A stretch of 63,756 nucleotides of DNA, filler included, from Reclinomonas americana ATCC 50394 (Eukaryota): assembly GCA_048213135.1 (NCBI GenBank). It is 24 parts of 24 records of this genome, joined end to end, with 100 filler letters (N's around TTAATTAATTAA, not from the genome) between each part and the next. Parts side by side here need not be neighbours in the genome. Positions count along the whole stretch, not along the records: positions 9,489 to 10,752 come from AFZH01023746.1; positions 10,853 to 13,105 come from AFZH01023747.1; positions 13,206 to 18,030 come from AFZH01023749.1; positions 18,131 to 20,303 come from AFZH01023750.1; positions 20,404 to 21,626 come from AFZH01023752.1; positions 21,727 to 26,090 come from AFZH01023753.1; 18 more parts are not named here. One strand, 5' to 3'. Below are positions 10,176 through 21,800 of the stretch, piece by piece. Numbering within the stretch: position 1 is the first letter of the stretch; the number at the start of each line of letters is the position of its first letter. The notes under the pieces are model-generated. The model made no database searches. It was not told where the DNA came from and saw only the letters and a list, made by a program, of their open reading frames with translations. Both the position numbers and the translations under genes were made by a program.

Positions 10176-10752
10176 GCCTGCCGGGCCTCCGGAACCGCGG
10201 CCCGCTCGGTCGCCATCGTCGCGAGAGTATCGGCCTGCTGCAGTTCCTCGATCAGCGCCCCCATGAAATTGGTGACCACCTTGGGCAGCGCCCGGCCGGA
10301 CATGCTCTGGATCTGCAGGCTGCGCGGCGGCAGGTCGCCATCCCTCAGCGGCAGGGCGACCACCGAGCCGTCGCGGATCGAGGCGCCGAAGGAGATCGAG
10401 CTGGCGAACATCACGGCCCCGCCGAGTTTGCAGAAATGGCGCAGGCTCGCGACATTGGTCGAGGTCAGCACCGCATCGACGGTCAGCCCGCGCGCCGAGA
10501 AGTAGATGTCGACGATCTTGCGCACCGTCGCCTCGCTGTCGAGCACCGCGACCGGGTGGACGAAGATGTCCTCGATCCTGACCGCCTCCTTTGCCGCGAG
10601 CGGGTGATGCGGCGCGACGAAGGCATAGGTCCGCGCCGCACATTGCCAGTTGATGGTGACGCCGCGCTCCTGCTGCAGCACGAAGGTCAGGCCGAGATCG
10701 ATCGTGCCGGTGCGGACATGCTCGGTGACGACCTGCGGCGACATCACCTTGA
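10172..10752 (-). CDS. LysR-family regulator, substrate-binding domain (5' truncated)
   Basis: [25 protein letters not shown] and GSVVALPL. Confidence 0.85.
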
Positions 10753-10852
10753 NNNNNNNNNNNNNNNNNNNNNNNNNNNNNNNNNNNNNNNNNNNNTTAA
10801 TTAATTAANNNNNNNNNNNNNNNNNNNNNNNNNNNNNNNNNNNNNNNNNNNN

Positions 10853-10963
10853 TATGCCGTGCCGCTCTATTCGCTGCCGGTCTACTACGTCGCCAACAAG
10901 GACCTGAACTTCAAGGCCTACCCGGACGAGCTCGTCCGCTTCTGGGAGATGGGCTGGAAGTGA
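10853..10963 (+). CDS. Peptide/nickel ABC transporter substrate-binding protein, C-terminal fragment
   Basis: YAVPLYSLPVYYVANKDLNFKAYPDELVRFWEMGWK*, directly upstream of the permeases. Confidence 0.7.
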   Translation, partial: YAVPLYSLPVYYVANKDLNFKAYPDELVRFWEMGWK

Positions 10964-10971
10964 CGCGCAAG

Positions 10972-11048
10972 CGTCATTCTCGGGCGAAGCGAAGCGCAGA
11001 CCCGAGAATCTCCTGAAAGAGATGGTCGGCTCAAGGCCGACCATGACG
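10972..11048. repeat. REP/BIME-like double-hairpin element between the SBP and permease genes
   Basis: CGTCATTCTCGGG..CCCGAGAATCTC-ctgaaa-GAGATGGTCGGC..GCCGACCATGACG; terminal inverted repeat CGTCAT/ATGACG. Confidence 0.75.
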
Positions 11049-11104
11049 CGCCGGGGCCTTTTCATTGCCCGGCGCGGACATGACCTTCGCAAGTGGAAGC
11101 AGCC

Positions 11105-12022
11105 ATGCTCGGCTTCATCGTCAAACGGCTCGGCCTGGCGCTGCTCGTCGCGCTCGCGGTCTCGGCCATCGCCTTCTTCCTGCTGCGCCTCTCCGGCGAC
11201 ATCGCGGTCGCGATCGCCGGCGAGGGCGCGCAGCAGGCCGATCTCGACGTCATCCGCAAGACCTACGGGCTCGATCGGCCGCTCATCGTCCAGTATCTCG
11301 ACTGGCTGCTGAAGACGCTGTCCGGCGATTTCGGCACCTCGATCTATTTCAAGACCGACGTCGCCGCGCTGGTCTTCGCCAAATTGCCGGTGACGCTGAT
11401 CCTCGGCCTCTCCTCGCTCGCCTTCGCGCTTCTGATCTCGATCCCGCTCGGCGTACTCGCCGCGGTCTACGCCAATAGCTGGATCGACCGGCTGGCACTC
11501 GCCATCGCCGTCGTCGGCCAGGCGCTGCCGAACTTCTTCTTCGCGCTGATCCTGGTGATGCTGTTCTCGATCACCCTGCGCTGGCTGCCGGTCTCGGGCT
11601 CCGGCAGCTGGCTGCATTACGTCATGCCGACGATCGCGCTCGGCTACTATATCGCGCCAGCCTTCATGCGCCTGATCCGCGCCGGCATGATCGAGGTGCT
11701 CTCGGCCGACTATATCCGCACCGCCCGCGCCAAGGGCCTCTCCTCCCATGCCGTCATCGTCACCCATGCCCTGCGCAACGCCGCCGTCCCGGTCGTGGCG
11801 CTGACGGCGGTGCAGCTCGGCTTCCTGCTCGGCGGCTCGGTGGTGATCGAGACGATCTTCGCGCTCGATGGCCTCGGCTACCTCGCCTATCAGAGCATCA
11901 CCTACAAGGATTTCCCGGTCATGCAGGTCATCGTCCTGCTGCTCTCGGTCGTCTACGTCCTGCTGACGCTGCTGGCCGACATCGCCAATGCCTGGCTCGA
12001 TCCGCGCATCCGGGTATCCTGA
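11105..12022 (+). CDS. Peptide ABC transporter permease (DppB/OppB-like)
   Basis: YGLDRPLIVQY, GDFGTS, EAA loop DYIRTARAKGL, and WLDPRIR. Confidence 0.93.
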   Translation: MLGFIVKRLGLALLVALAVSAIAFFLLRLSGDIAVAIAGEGAQQADLDVIRKTYGLDRPLIVQYLDWLLKTLSGDFGTSIYFKTDVAALVFAKLPVTLILGLSSLAFALLISIPLGVLAAVYANSWIDRLALAIAVVGQALPNFFFALILVMLFSITLRWLPVSGSGSWLHYVMPTIALGYYIAPAFMRLIRAGMIEVLSADYIRTARAKGLSSHAVIVTHALRNAAVPVVALTAVQLGFLLGGSVVIETIFALDGLGYLAYQSITYKDFPVMQVIVLLLSVVYVLLTLLADIANAWLDPRIRVS

Positions 12023-12023
12023 C

Positions 12024-12920
12024 ATGAGCGACGCGACCTCCCTCCCCCTTGCTGCGAGCGACGTCACCGGCGGGCGCCGCCTGCTGCGCCGGGCGCTGGC
12101 CCAGAAATCCTTCCTGTTCGGCTTCGGCCTGCTGGTGCTCTTCGTCCTGCTGGCGCTCCTGGCGCCGGTGCTGGCGCCGCATGATCCCTATCTGCAGAAT
12201 CTGACGGCGCGGAACGTCCCGCCCGTCTGGTACGACAAGGGCAGCTGGCTCCACCCGCTCGGCACCGACCCGCTCGGGCGCGACTACCTCTCGCGCCTGC
12301 TCTACGGCGCCCGCATCTCGCTGATCATCGGCATCAGCGTCGTCGCGATCGCCGGCCTGATCGGCACGACCATGGGCCTGCTCGCCGGCTATTTCGGCGG
12401 CCGCGTCGACATGGCCGTGACCTTCATGGTGACGACCCGCCTCGCCATGCCGGTGATCCTGGTGGCGCTCGCCGTCGTCGCCATCATCGGCTCCTCGCTC
12501 TGGATCGTCATCCTGGTGCTCGGCCTGCTGAAATGGGACCGTTTCGCCGTGGTGATGCGCAGCGCGACCCAGCAGGTCCGCTCGCTCGACTACATCACCG
12601 CGGCGCAAGCCTCCGGCGCCAGCACCGCCCGCATCATCCTGCGCGAGGTCCTGCCCAACATCGCCCCGCATCTGATCGTGGTCGCGACACTGGAAGCGGC
12701 CAGCGCCATCCTGCTGGAGGCCGCCCTCTCCTTCCTCGGCCTCGGCGTGCAGCCGCCGCTGCCCTCCTGGGGCCTGATGGTCTCGGAGGCCAAGGCCTAC
12801 ATGTTCTTCTCGTTCTGGCTGATCGCCCTGCCCGGCACGGCGCTCGCCCTGCTGATCTTCGCGATCAACCTCGCGGGCGACGGCCTGCGCGACGTGATCT
12901 CGCCCGACAAGCGCAACTGA
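12024..12920 (+). CDS. Peptide ABC transporter permease (DppC/OppC-like)
   Basis: HPLGTDPLGRDYLSRLLYGARISL and EAALSFLGLGVQPPLPSWG. Confidence 0.93.
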   Translation: MSDATSLPLAASDVTGGRRLLRRALAQKSFLFGFGLLVLFVLLALLAPVLAPHDPYLQNLTARNVPPVWYDKGSWLHPLGTDPLGRDYLSRLLYGARISLIIGISVVAIAGLIGTTMGLLAGYFGGRVDMAVTFMVTTRLAMPVILVALAVVAIIGSSLWIVILVLGLLKWDRFAVVMRSATQQVRSLDYITAAQASGASTARIILREVLPNIAPHLIVVATLEAASAILLEAALSFLGLGVQPPLPSWGLMVSEAKAYMFFSFWLIALPGTALALLIFAINLAGDGLRDVISPDKRN

Positions 12921-12942
12921 TCCCTTCCACGGAGTGACCACC

Positions 12943-13105
12943 ATGACCCGCGCCAAGGCGATCGCCCATGCGCTCGACTATTTCGACTCCGGCAGCTTCA
13001 AGAGCGACCTCGCCCGCCTGATCGCCATGCCGACCGAGAGCCAGAATCCCGAGCGCGCCCCGGTGCTCACCGAGTATCTGGAGAAGGAGATGCAGCCGCT
13101 GCTGG
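12943..13105 (+). CDS. M20-family metallopeptidase, N-terminal fragment
   Basis: FDSGSFKSDLARLIAMPTESQNPER; follows the peptide ABC operon. Confidence 0.75.
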
Positions 13106-13205
13106 NNNNNNNNNNNNNNNNNNNNNNNNNNNNNNNNNNNNNNNNNNNNTTAATTAATTAANNNNNNNNNNNNNNNNNNNNNNNNNNNNNNNNNNNNNNN
13201 NNNNN

Positions 13206-13249
<44 letters not shown>

Positions 13250-13256
<7 letters not shown>

Positions 13257-13800
13257 GGAAGAGAGGTAGGCAGTGCGTGCTGCAGTGTGGCTTGGTGTGT
13301 TGCATGCAGAGGAGACAAGAGAAGATAAGAGAAAGGGAGAGACAGCTTCTGCATGCGCCTTCCCCTCACTGCGATGGCAAGAGAACAGATGAAAGAAAGG
13401 GAGGCAAGAGTGGAGCAAGTCTAGACGAGGTGCAGTCTGCTGCATGCTGTAAAGACAAGAGAGGGCGAAGCTGAGATCCCCGGCATCAGGGCCTTCCTCT
13501 CCTCTACCAGGAGAAAGAAAGGAAGGCAAGAGTGGAGCAAGTCTCGACGAGTTGCAGTCTGGTGCATGCAGAAGGGCAAGAGGAGCGAGAGAAGACAAGG
13601 GATGCTTTGCTGCATGCATGAGAAAGGAGAGAAGAGAAGAGAGACAAGAACGCAGCAGGTTTCGAGTGGTTGCAGTCTGCTGCATGCCTGGAAGAGACGA
13701 GAGAGAAAGACAGAGGCACTGCAATTCTCGGCTGGTTACTGCGTCGGCGAGTTGCTGCTGTCTGCTGCATGCAGAGGAGGGGCCTTCCCTTGCTCACTTC
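13250..13800. repeat. Degenerate ~120-bp tandem repeat (eukaryotic, probably intronic)
   Basis: Recurring GAGTGGAGCAAGTCT..TGCAGTCTGCTGCATGC cores near 13408, 13530 and 13652, following an (AG)n tract. Confidence 0.6.
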
Positions 13801-13829
13801 ACCTTCCCTCTGCTGCAGCCCGTTCGTCA

Positions 13830-15095
13830 GCGATGCGTCGACAACCGACTCTGTGTTTGGTCTGCGCGTTCGCGAGAGCATATCGTTGCTCCGTCGCTCT
13901 ACGCTCATTGGTGCACCACAGACGAGTCTGCCGTCATGTCTTCCTCGCTGGTGATCGCCGAGGGCGAGACCGTGTACGACTGTGTGTGGTATCCGCGGAT
14001 GAACTCGGCCGATGCGACCACGTGTGCACTGCTGAGCACGTCACGCGACCATCCCATTCACATGTGGGATGCGTTCACGGGGCATCTGCGGGCCACCTAT
14101 CGCGCGTACGATCACGTTGATGAGGTCACTGCGGCGCTGTCGGTGGCCTTTGATACCACTGGAACACGGTCTGTTCTCTCACTCCCCTGCCACCACCACC
14201 ACCAATTGACGGATGGCTTACCCGTGTGTGATGGCACAGCATCTTTGCCGGATTCGACGGGCACCTGCGGTCGTTTGATGTGTCGCGACCCGGGCGCGAT
14301 TGTTTGTGCGAACGACGAGTGTGGGATCGTGTAAATAGCGGCCAGAAGGGACTGCTGTCGACCATTGCACACTGTCCCGACGGTTCCGACATGCTGGCGG
14401 TCGGGGCGTACACGGGCAAAATCGGCTTGTACTCGGCCTCGGATCTCGATGTCATCTCCATCTTTGATGCGCAGCGGCAGGGTGTGACGCAGGTCAAGTT
14501 CTCGGCCGACGGTCGGTTGCTCTTTGCAGGAGGTCGGTGCATCCACTGTGCGTGCGTGTGTGAGAGAGTGGGGAGAGACTCATGATACAAGTGCAGGGCG
14601 AAAAAACTCGTCGATCCTATGTTGGGACATTCGATCGTCGCTCACCCCGCTCTACGAACTGGAGAGACGAGTGGATACCAATCAGCGCGTCACGTTTGAT
14701 ATTGACTCGTCTGGTCGGTGGCTGGCCAGCGGTGCCACGGATGGCGTGATTCGAGTTGCGACCACCCATCTTTCCCGACTTTCTCGTGTCAGCGACTCAC
14801 GCACCACGCGCAGGTGTACGACTTGTTGGATGGCCATCTCGAGTGCTCGTGGGATGCACACGAGGGCACGTCCGCGAATGGAGTCTCCTTTCATCCGACA
14901 GTGCCGGCGCTGCTGTCGTGCAGTGGTCAGCGGCAGAGAAGAGACCTTGCGTGGAACGATGACGACGAGCAGCCAGCAGCGGCTGCCGTGCCGCAAGATG
15001 TCAGCTTGAGAATATGGTCGGTGGCCAAGCAGTACGAGTGGACACCGCTGCCGGCGTCCGAAGCAGTAGTTGAGGACGTTGGTGAAGCAGAATAA
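13830..15095 (+). CDS. WRAP53: Telomerase Cajal body protein 1 (WRAP53/TCAB1) ortholog, spliced, 5' end unresolved
   Basis: [66 protein letters not shown] introns 14169-14239, 14533-14596 and 14755-14813 restore one frame. Confidence 0.9.
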
Positions 15096-15179
15096 TCATC
15101 ATTCTCTCTGCACGTTTACATTTTCTGTTATCTGTCATCCCCTCCCGTCGGCTGCTCGTTGCTTCTCGCGCACGCGCAG

Positions 15180-18100
15180 CTACTCGCTGCTCGGTTCGTC
15201 CGTCGACTGCTCGAAGCGCAACAGCTGCTGCACGCCTTCTGTGATTCGCCTGACGTCGTCAATCTCCACGTCGTGGGAGCACATGGGGCACGGTTGTTTC
15301 GTCTGCGCCAGCTTGAGGAACTCGCTAAAGAGTGCCGGGAAGCGGCAGTGGATGCACACAGTGGTGTCGCTCGCCACCATGTGTCGACCCTGCGAGCGGC
15401 GTTTTTTTGGTGAGAGAAGCGCAAGGAAGGAGAGATCACAGGGAGGGGCAGCAGCGCACCGTTGCAATGCAGTACGCGACAATGTTCTTGCAGTTCGGGC
15501 ACTCGAGTTGTGTGTTGTACAAGTCAAAGTCACAGAACGGGCACGGCGTTGTGGCCTCCTCCACATCCTCCGTCCAGTCCTTGCTCTTGCGCACAATGGC
15601 TGCATTGCACGTGAGCTTCCTTATCCCTTATGTCATCCATCCCTTCCCACTCACCCTCAATCTTCTTCTTGAAACGCTCGTCAATGTCGGCATGGTACTC
15701 TGGTCGCACCAGCACGCACGCATTCTCGTAGGCACTCTTGCGCAGCTCGGCACGGACGCACTCGATAACTGTGCTGGTCAAGATGGACACCGCGTGCGAG
15801 GGGAACTTGCTGAGATTCTTCGACACACGAAGCAGCATGCGAGCCGCCGCCATGTGGTCGGTCTTGGCGAGAGGCTGCACGAGAGAGGAAGAAGAGGTGA
15901 GCGGTGGAGCAGAATAATACGACAGGAAAGCCGCTCACGCTGAAACATCACCTTGACAAGAATGTAGCTGTGCAACAGCATGAGGTTCCGCCGCAAGTCG
16001 GCCGGAATCGGCACCTTGAACTTGACTGCATTCTGGTAGGCCTCCAGCAACAAATCGTGTGCCACCTTGTAGTTGCCCAGCTCCTGTGCGGTGATGGATG
16101 ATGAGGAGGAGTAAGCTTGCAAGAGCAAGACAAATGGTGAGGAGTGGTGAATGTGAGACGCAACTTGCTCCTGCCGAGCAATCAAGAGCGCCGTGCGCAC
16201 CGCCTGGCGGTAGTTGCCGAGCGCCATGTACAGCTTGAGCACGTAGTTGGCATCTTTGGGCACTCCGTCAAGATCGCCCATGAGGTAGTCAATCAGCCGG
16301 TTGGTAAGTGCTTCGTCACGCGCCTTGCCGACCACCTGTCCACCAGAGAGATGAGTGAGGGGCTTCAAGAAACTCCCACACTATAGCGAGTTTAAAGAGA
16401 CCTGAATGGCGGTGGTGATGTTAGCCTCGCCCGACTTGAGGAGCAGAGTGAGGGCGCGCTCAAAGTTGCCCGCCTCGCTGTACCAGTAGCCGGCCTTGCC
16501 GAGGTCGCTGCGGACGTGGGAGAAAGGGAGGAAGAAGGTGAGAGGGGGGATGGGGGAAGGGGAGGGAGGGAGGGAGGGAGGGAGGGGTAAGGAGGGAAGG
16601 AGGGCAAGGGGAAGAGGGGACGGGGGAAGGAGGAAGGAGGAAGGAGGAAGGGGAAGGAGGAAGGAGGAAGGGGAAGGAGGGGGAAGAAGAAGGAGAGAGA
16701 GAGAGGAGAAGGGAGGACGTAGAAAAGGCAGTCAGGAGGAAAAGAAGACGTTGCGCAGGATACAGGGAACGACAGGATGTAGAAGCTGACAAAGAGGGAG
16801 ACAGAAAGCTGGGAAAGTACTCATAGTCAGAGATATCGAGACAGAGCTGATGTGATCAAGACAGCAGAAGAGGGACACATGCAGAGCATACATACAAGCA
16901 CGCCACACAACACCATCCATTTTTCCTCTCGCCCTTTCCCCTCGTCTCAGCACTCACCCAATGCCCTCGAAGAACTCGGCAATGGCAATAAAGTCCGCCT
17001 CCATGCCGGCATCGCCCAGGCACCGGGCGTACACCTCCATCTTCTTGTGCTGCCGTGCCAATCGGAATGCGTCGTCCTTGCGCTTGGCCAGCAGCAGGAA
17101 CTCGACGGCGCTGTCCATGTCCCCTGTGCGATTATCATGTCAGCAAACTTGTGCTCCACAGTCCCCCCACTTGCCCACTTTCCCGCAACGCACCACGACC
17201 CTCGCAGAACTTGGCGAGCAACGACGCCGATTCCACACTTCGCGTCTCACGCACAATCGCAAAGACGCGGTCGGGCCGGTTGAGCTTCTCCAAACTGATG
17301 CGCACCACCGAGTCCATGTCACGAGCACGCTCGTACGCCAGCAGCGCCTCCTCGAATTTGCCCTCGCTCTCCTTGGCGCGCGCCAGCTGCAGATGCAGCT
17401 TCGGTGTGTTGATGTGTGGTACCAGCCGCTCCGCCATGGTGAAGTTCTTGTTGTAAATGTAAATGGCGGCCGCCTTGTCAAACATCTCGGCCTTCTCGTA
17501 CAGCGCACCGGCGTCGTTGAATTGCTTGAGTTCCTCCAAAATCTGAGCGCACTCCTTGCAGAGTGTGCTGTTGCCACTCTCCGAGGCCAACTCTGTGTGA
17601 AGCAAGAAAAAATGAGACGAAGCAACAACAGAACGAGGCCGACGGTGTGCGGGTGGCACGCAACGAATACCGCGACGAATGTCGCCCTGTCGCAGAGTGC
17701 ATCGCGCAATACCGGCGTGGCAGGCGGCGTCCTGCTGCGGCGAGCGGCCCACTCGGGCACGCTCGTACATGTTGACCGCCTGTCCGTATTCGCCACGGAA
17801 CTCCAGCTGCTGGGCGTACTCTTGGCAGATTTCAGGTACTTGCTCCGGTGCCATGGTGTCTGCCAGGCGGAGGGCCTGGTGAAGGGGGAAGGGTGAGGGG
17901 GGGAAGGGTGAGGGGGAAAGGGGAAAGGGGAAAGGGGGAAAGGGGGAAAGGGGAAAGGGAAGGGGGAAGGGGAAGGGGAAGGGGGAAGGGAAGGGAGGAG
18001 GGAACGGGACGGAGGAGGAGGAGGAGGAGGNNNNNNNNNNNNNNNNNNNNNNNNNNNNNNNNNNNNNNNNNNNNTTAATTAATTAANNNNNNNNNNNNNN

Positions 18101-20421
18101 NNNNNNNNNNNNNNNNNNNNNNNNNNNNNNGAAGGGGGAAGGGGGAAGGGGGAAGGGGGAAGGGGAAAGGGGGAAGGGGAAGAACAGCGAGAAAAGCAAA
18201 CATACGGACATACGGACAGACAGACTGACAGACAGCCAGACATACAGCCAGACACACAGACAGACATAGAGAAAGAGAAAGAAAGAAAGAGAGAGTGCGT
18301 GTGAGAGAGAAAAGTGAGTGGAAGAACAAGATGCAGCCGAAATGGGACAGGAAGGAAGTCAGCATCAATAGAAGATTGAGGATGAAACAATGGAGCGTGT
18401 TTGTGAGCCCGTACACATAGTGCCTGGAGCGACACAACGCGTGTGAAGTGGCTGCGAGTGCACACCATCACTTCATGCAAGGTGTTCTCTTCTGTGGCAG
18501 TGTGTATCGAGGCAAACAGATAGCCCATCGTTATGTGTTTCTCTCTCTCTTTCTCCCTCTCTCCTCTCCTCTTTCTCTCTCTCTCTCTCTCTCTCTATCC
18601 CCACTCCCTCTCCCCTTCACACACACACCTGATCCCAGTGCATCAAATCACGACGCATCTCCAGTGCCGCCAAGTGGTTCGACGACTTGAGGAAGTACTC
18701 CTGCGCTCGCGTGTAATCGCCGAGCAGCAGGGAGACCTTGCCGGCGAGGAAATTGCGCTCATCGTTGTGGCGAATCTTCTCCAGAGCCAGCACCATGCTG
18801 GCGTCGCGCAAGTGACGGTACACCAGAATGGCCAGATCAATATCGAGCACGTCCAACGCACGCTGCGTCAGTGCCTCCCAGCACGACTGCTGTTGGATTA
18901 CACAGGCCATGGTCCATGCATCTACACACCACACAGCGGCGGTTAGCAAAGGTCATGGATTTTTTTGAGCAGGCGCGGCGTGTACGTGCACGTGCCTCGC
19001 AGGCGGTAGAGGGAGAGCAAATTGTGGAATCGTCGAATGAGCTGCTCGTTTGACATGCGGTCAAAGGCGCTGGTGCTGACCAGCGCATGCGAGATGAGAT
19101 TGACGGCGGAGAATGTGCCGCCCGGTGTCTGCCAAGCAATGTCAGCAAAGAGACCTGTTGACCGACGAGGAAATGAAAGCAAACCTGGCAGTACACCACG
19201 CCGTTGATGAGGCACAAGCTCTCCCAGTCGCTCTGCGTCGGGGTATAGGCGCCAGAAGGCAGCACGGCGCTCGAGGCACCCACTGGACACGCATCGTCAA
19301 TGAATTACGAAATCCACACGACAACGTATTACCAAATAGCCTAACATACCTCGCTCCTCAGGCAGCGTCACAGTGTGCGCCTTGCACAGCTCGACCTTGG
19401 GGCCGGCACGAGTGGCCGGGTGGTACATGTACGTGTACACGTGGCCTTGGTCGGTGACCACAAACACCGAGGAGTCGGCACGATCCCACAGCACGCTTTG
19501 GTAGTGGTCTGCACCAACGCGTGAGTACCACAGACAGACGATCCTGCACGACAATCGCAGCGGAACGCAACTGGGGAAGTACGGAATGGGAATGATGAAA
19601 TTGTTGACGGGGTTGTAGAGGAAACCGCGGCGCATTTCGTCCACAAACACCACACGCGTGCCGAGCGGATTCGGGTACACGGCCGAGATGCCGCACTCGA
19701 AGCGGAACTGCGACACACTCTCCCAGTCCTCCAGCGAGAACAAGTGAATCGTGCCGGAGAGGGTGGCGTACACGAGGAAGGAGCCCGCAATGGCAAATGT
19801 GCTGGCATCGCGCGCATCGTCACTCTCCGGGAATACGCGCTCTGGGTACTCGGCGGCCGCCGCCGGATCAATGGTGTGAACCAGCACACGACCTCTGCAG
19901 CGAGCTCGTCAGACAACGCAAGAAAAGAAATCTGGTAAGGGGGGAGCCGCAACTCTGACAGCACCGCCGCCACGTTCTCATTGAGCTGGATGCGCACCAC
20001 CGTGCCGAGGTACTCGCGTTCACCAACCGATCGACTCGGCGTGGTGCCGCGGCCAATGGTGTAGAACCACACGCGGTTGTTCATGCCCGTGGCCACCTGA
20101 TACGACGGTGAGACAGGAATTGGGAAAGAGAGAGCGGGAGGAAGGGTGAGAAGGAGAGAAGATGACGCCGGGACACTGTGTTACTGCGTGTATGTAAGGG
20201 ATAGGGGCATCAATCTACTTCTTCTTCTCCTCTGTAAGTAGGAAAGGGTCGCAAGCATGCCTGTGCGTCCACTGCTCCTACTTTTCTCTCTATCATACTC
20301 TCTNNNNNNNNNNNNNNNNNNNNNNNNNNNNNNNNNNNNNNNNNNNNTTAATTAATTAANNNNNNNNNNNNNNNNNNNNNNNNNNNNNNNNNNNNNNNNN
20401 NNNTTCTTCTTCTCTCTCTCT

Positions 20422-20496
<75 letters not shown>

Positions 20497-20929
20497 CCTC
20501 CCTCTCTCAATCATCACAACAATGATCGACAATCAACTCTCCTTTTCCCCCCATTCTTCCCCCACTATCCCCCCATTATCCACCCCTTCTCCTCCCCATA
20601 TCCTCCCTCTCTCATCCACTCACCCCGCCGCCGACAGCGGTATCTCATTCAACAGCGCGCCCTGGCGATCCCAGATGTTCACGCGACGGTTGATGCCAAC
20701 CGACGCCAGGATCTGTCCATTGGGGTTCCACGCGAACAGCACAGGCCCCGGCCCGTGCGCAGACGCGTCGAGAGTAAACAGACGACTCTGCGCGGGAAAC
20801 ACAACACCCCAACACACACACACCGCCATGTCACGCACAATTTCACACAGACACACACACGCACACAGACGGCGATACACACACAAGACGCGCTCATTGT
20901 GTGTCGCTCTCTGTGTGCCCACTCACCAT
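15180..20929 (-). CDS. WDR19: Intraflagellar transport protein IFT144/WDR19, multi-exon, spanning three contigs
   Basis: First exon encodes only ATG (20929-20927), then [22 protein letters not shown]. Middle part [36 protein letters not shown]-terminus [37 protein letters not shown]. Roughly 340 aa are missing in the 20304 gap. Confidence 0.93.
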
Positions 20930-21198
20930 CTGCGCGCGTTGTCAAACGAAATTGCGCTTGGACAGTCGGTGCTCGCGCGTGACTGGACAATCGCATATCA
21001 CGCAGTTGCGTCCACGCGCATGCACACACGCTCACCCGCGACGCACGCACATCGCTTTCCTCGTTGACACACATGCGCACGCACTCACAACTGCACGAAA
21101 AAACCCACGCGCGGTTTTTCTCTTTACGCGATGTCATGCCATGTCTCACTCTCTCTCTTGCTCTTGCCCTCTCTGCCTCCCTCCCCACAAACAACAGC

Positions 21199-21459
21199 AT
21201 GACGGAGGTTGAGCTGTACTCGTCGTTGCAGAACCACGCTGCGGTGTTGGAAGCCGAGCTGCGCGAGGTGGAAATCGATTTGCAGACTCTGGAGACCATG
21301 GAACGCAAGTACGGCAACTACTTCTCCACCGGCTACCTCATGCTGATTGAGAAGCGCGCGGAGAAGACGGAGCAGTTGAAACGAGTTGCGATCGATCTCA
21401 TCGATCGGAGAAATTCAAAACCTTACGTTTCAGCTCCTCACAGGTGGCGGCATCGTTGA
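21199..21459 (+). CDS. Small hypothetical coiled-coil protein, divergent from IFT144
   Basis: MTEVELYSSLQNHAAVLEAELREVEIDLQTLETMERKYG..; coding-like composition; no family recognised. Confidence 0.4.
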   Translation: MTEVELYSSLQNHAAVLEAELREVEIDLQTLETMERKYGNYFSTGYLMLIEKRAEKTEQLKRVAIDLIDRRNSKPYVSAPHRWRHR

Positions 21460-21800
21460 GAGCGTTGGAGCATACGCTGCGCGACTCGTACTCGTTGCAT
21501 TCGCAGCTGCAGCACACAGAATCCGCGTTGTATCCGTCGTCTGCATCGGCCGCGTCGTCCTTGTCGTCGTCGAGCTCGTACATGATGGATAGCCCGTCGT
21601 TGCGCGTGACCATGCCATCGGGATCGNNNNNNNNNNNNNNNNNNNNNNNNNNNNNNNNNNNNNNNNNNNNTTAATTAATTAANNNNNNNNNNNNNNNNNN
21701 NNNNNNNNNNNNNNNNNNNNNNNNNNCAGTTCATTTGCGGGAACTGCGAAGGGGGGAAGTGAACGACGGGAAAGAAGGGCGCACGCCTCTCTCTTTCTCT

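Noticed and set aside
9441..10643. 400-aa helicase with an N-terminal extension
   Set aside because: The extension is an alternative frame of the LysR gene; the real start is 10175.
13106..13205. Bacterium-to-eukaryote gene transfer or integration at the domain junctions
   Set aside because: All junctions coincide with artificial spacers; no contig has mixed content.
17880..18180. GGGGAA-type tracts as telomeric repeats
   Set aside because: They are irregular and lie inside an IFT144 intron whose flanking exons join in frame.
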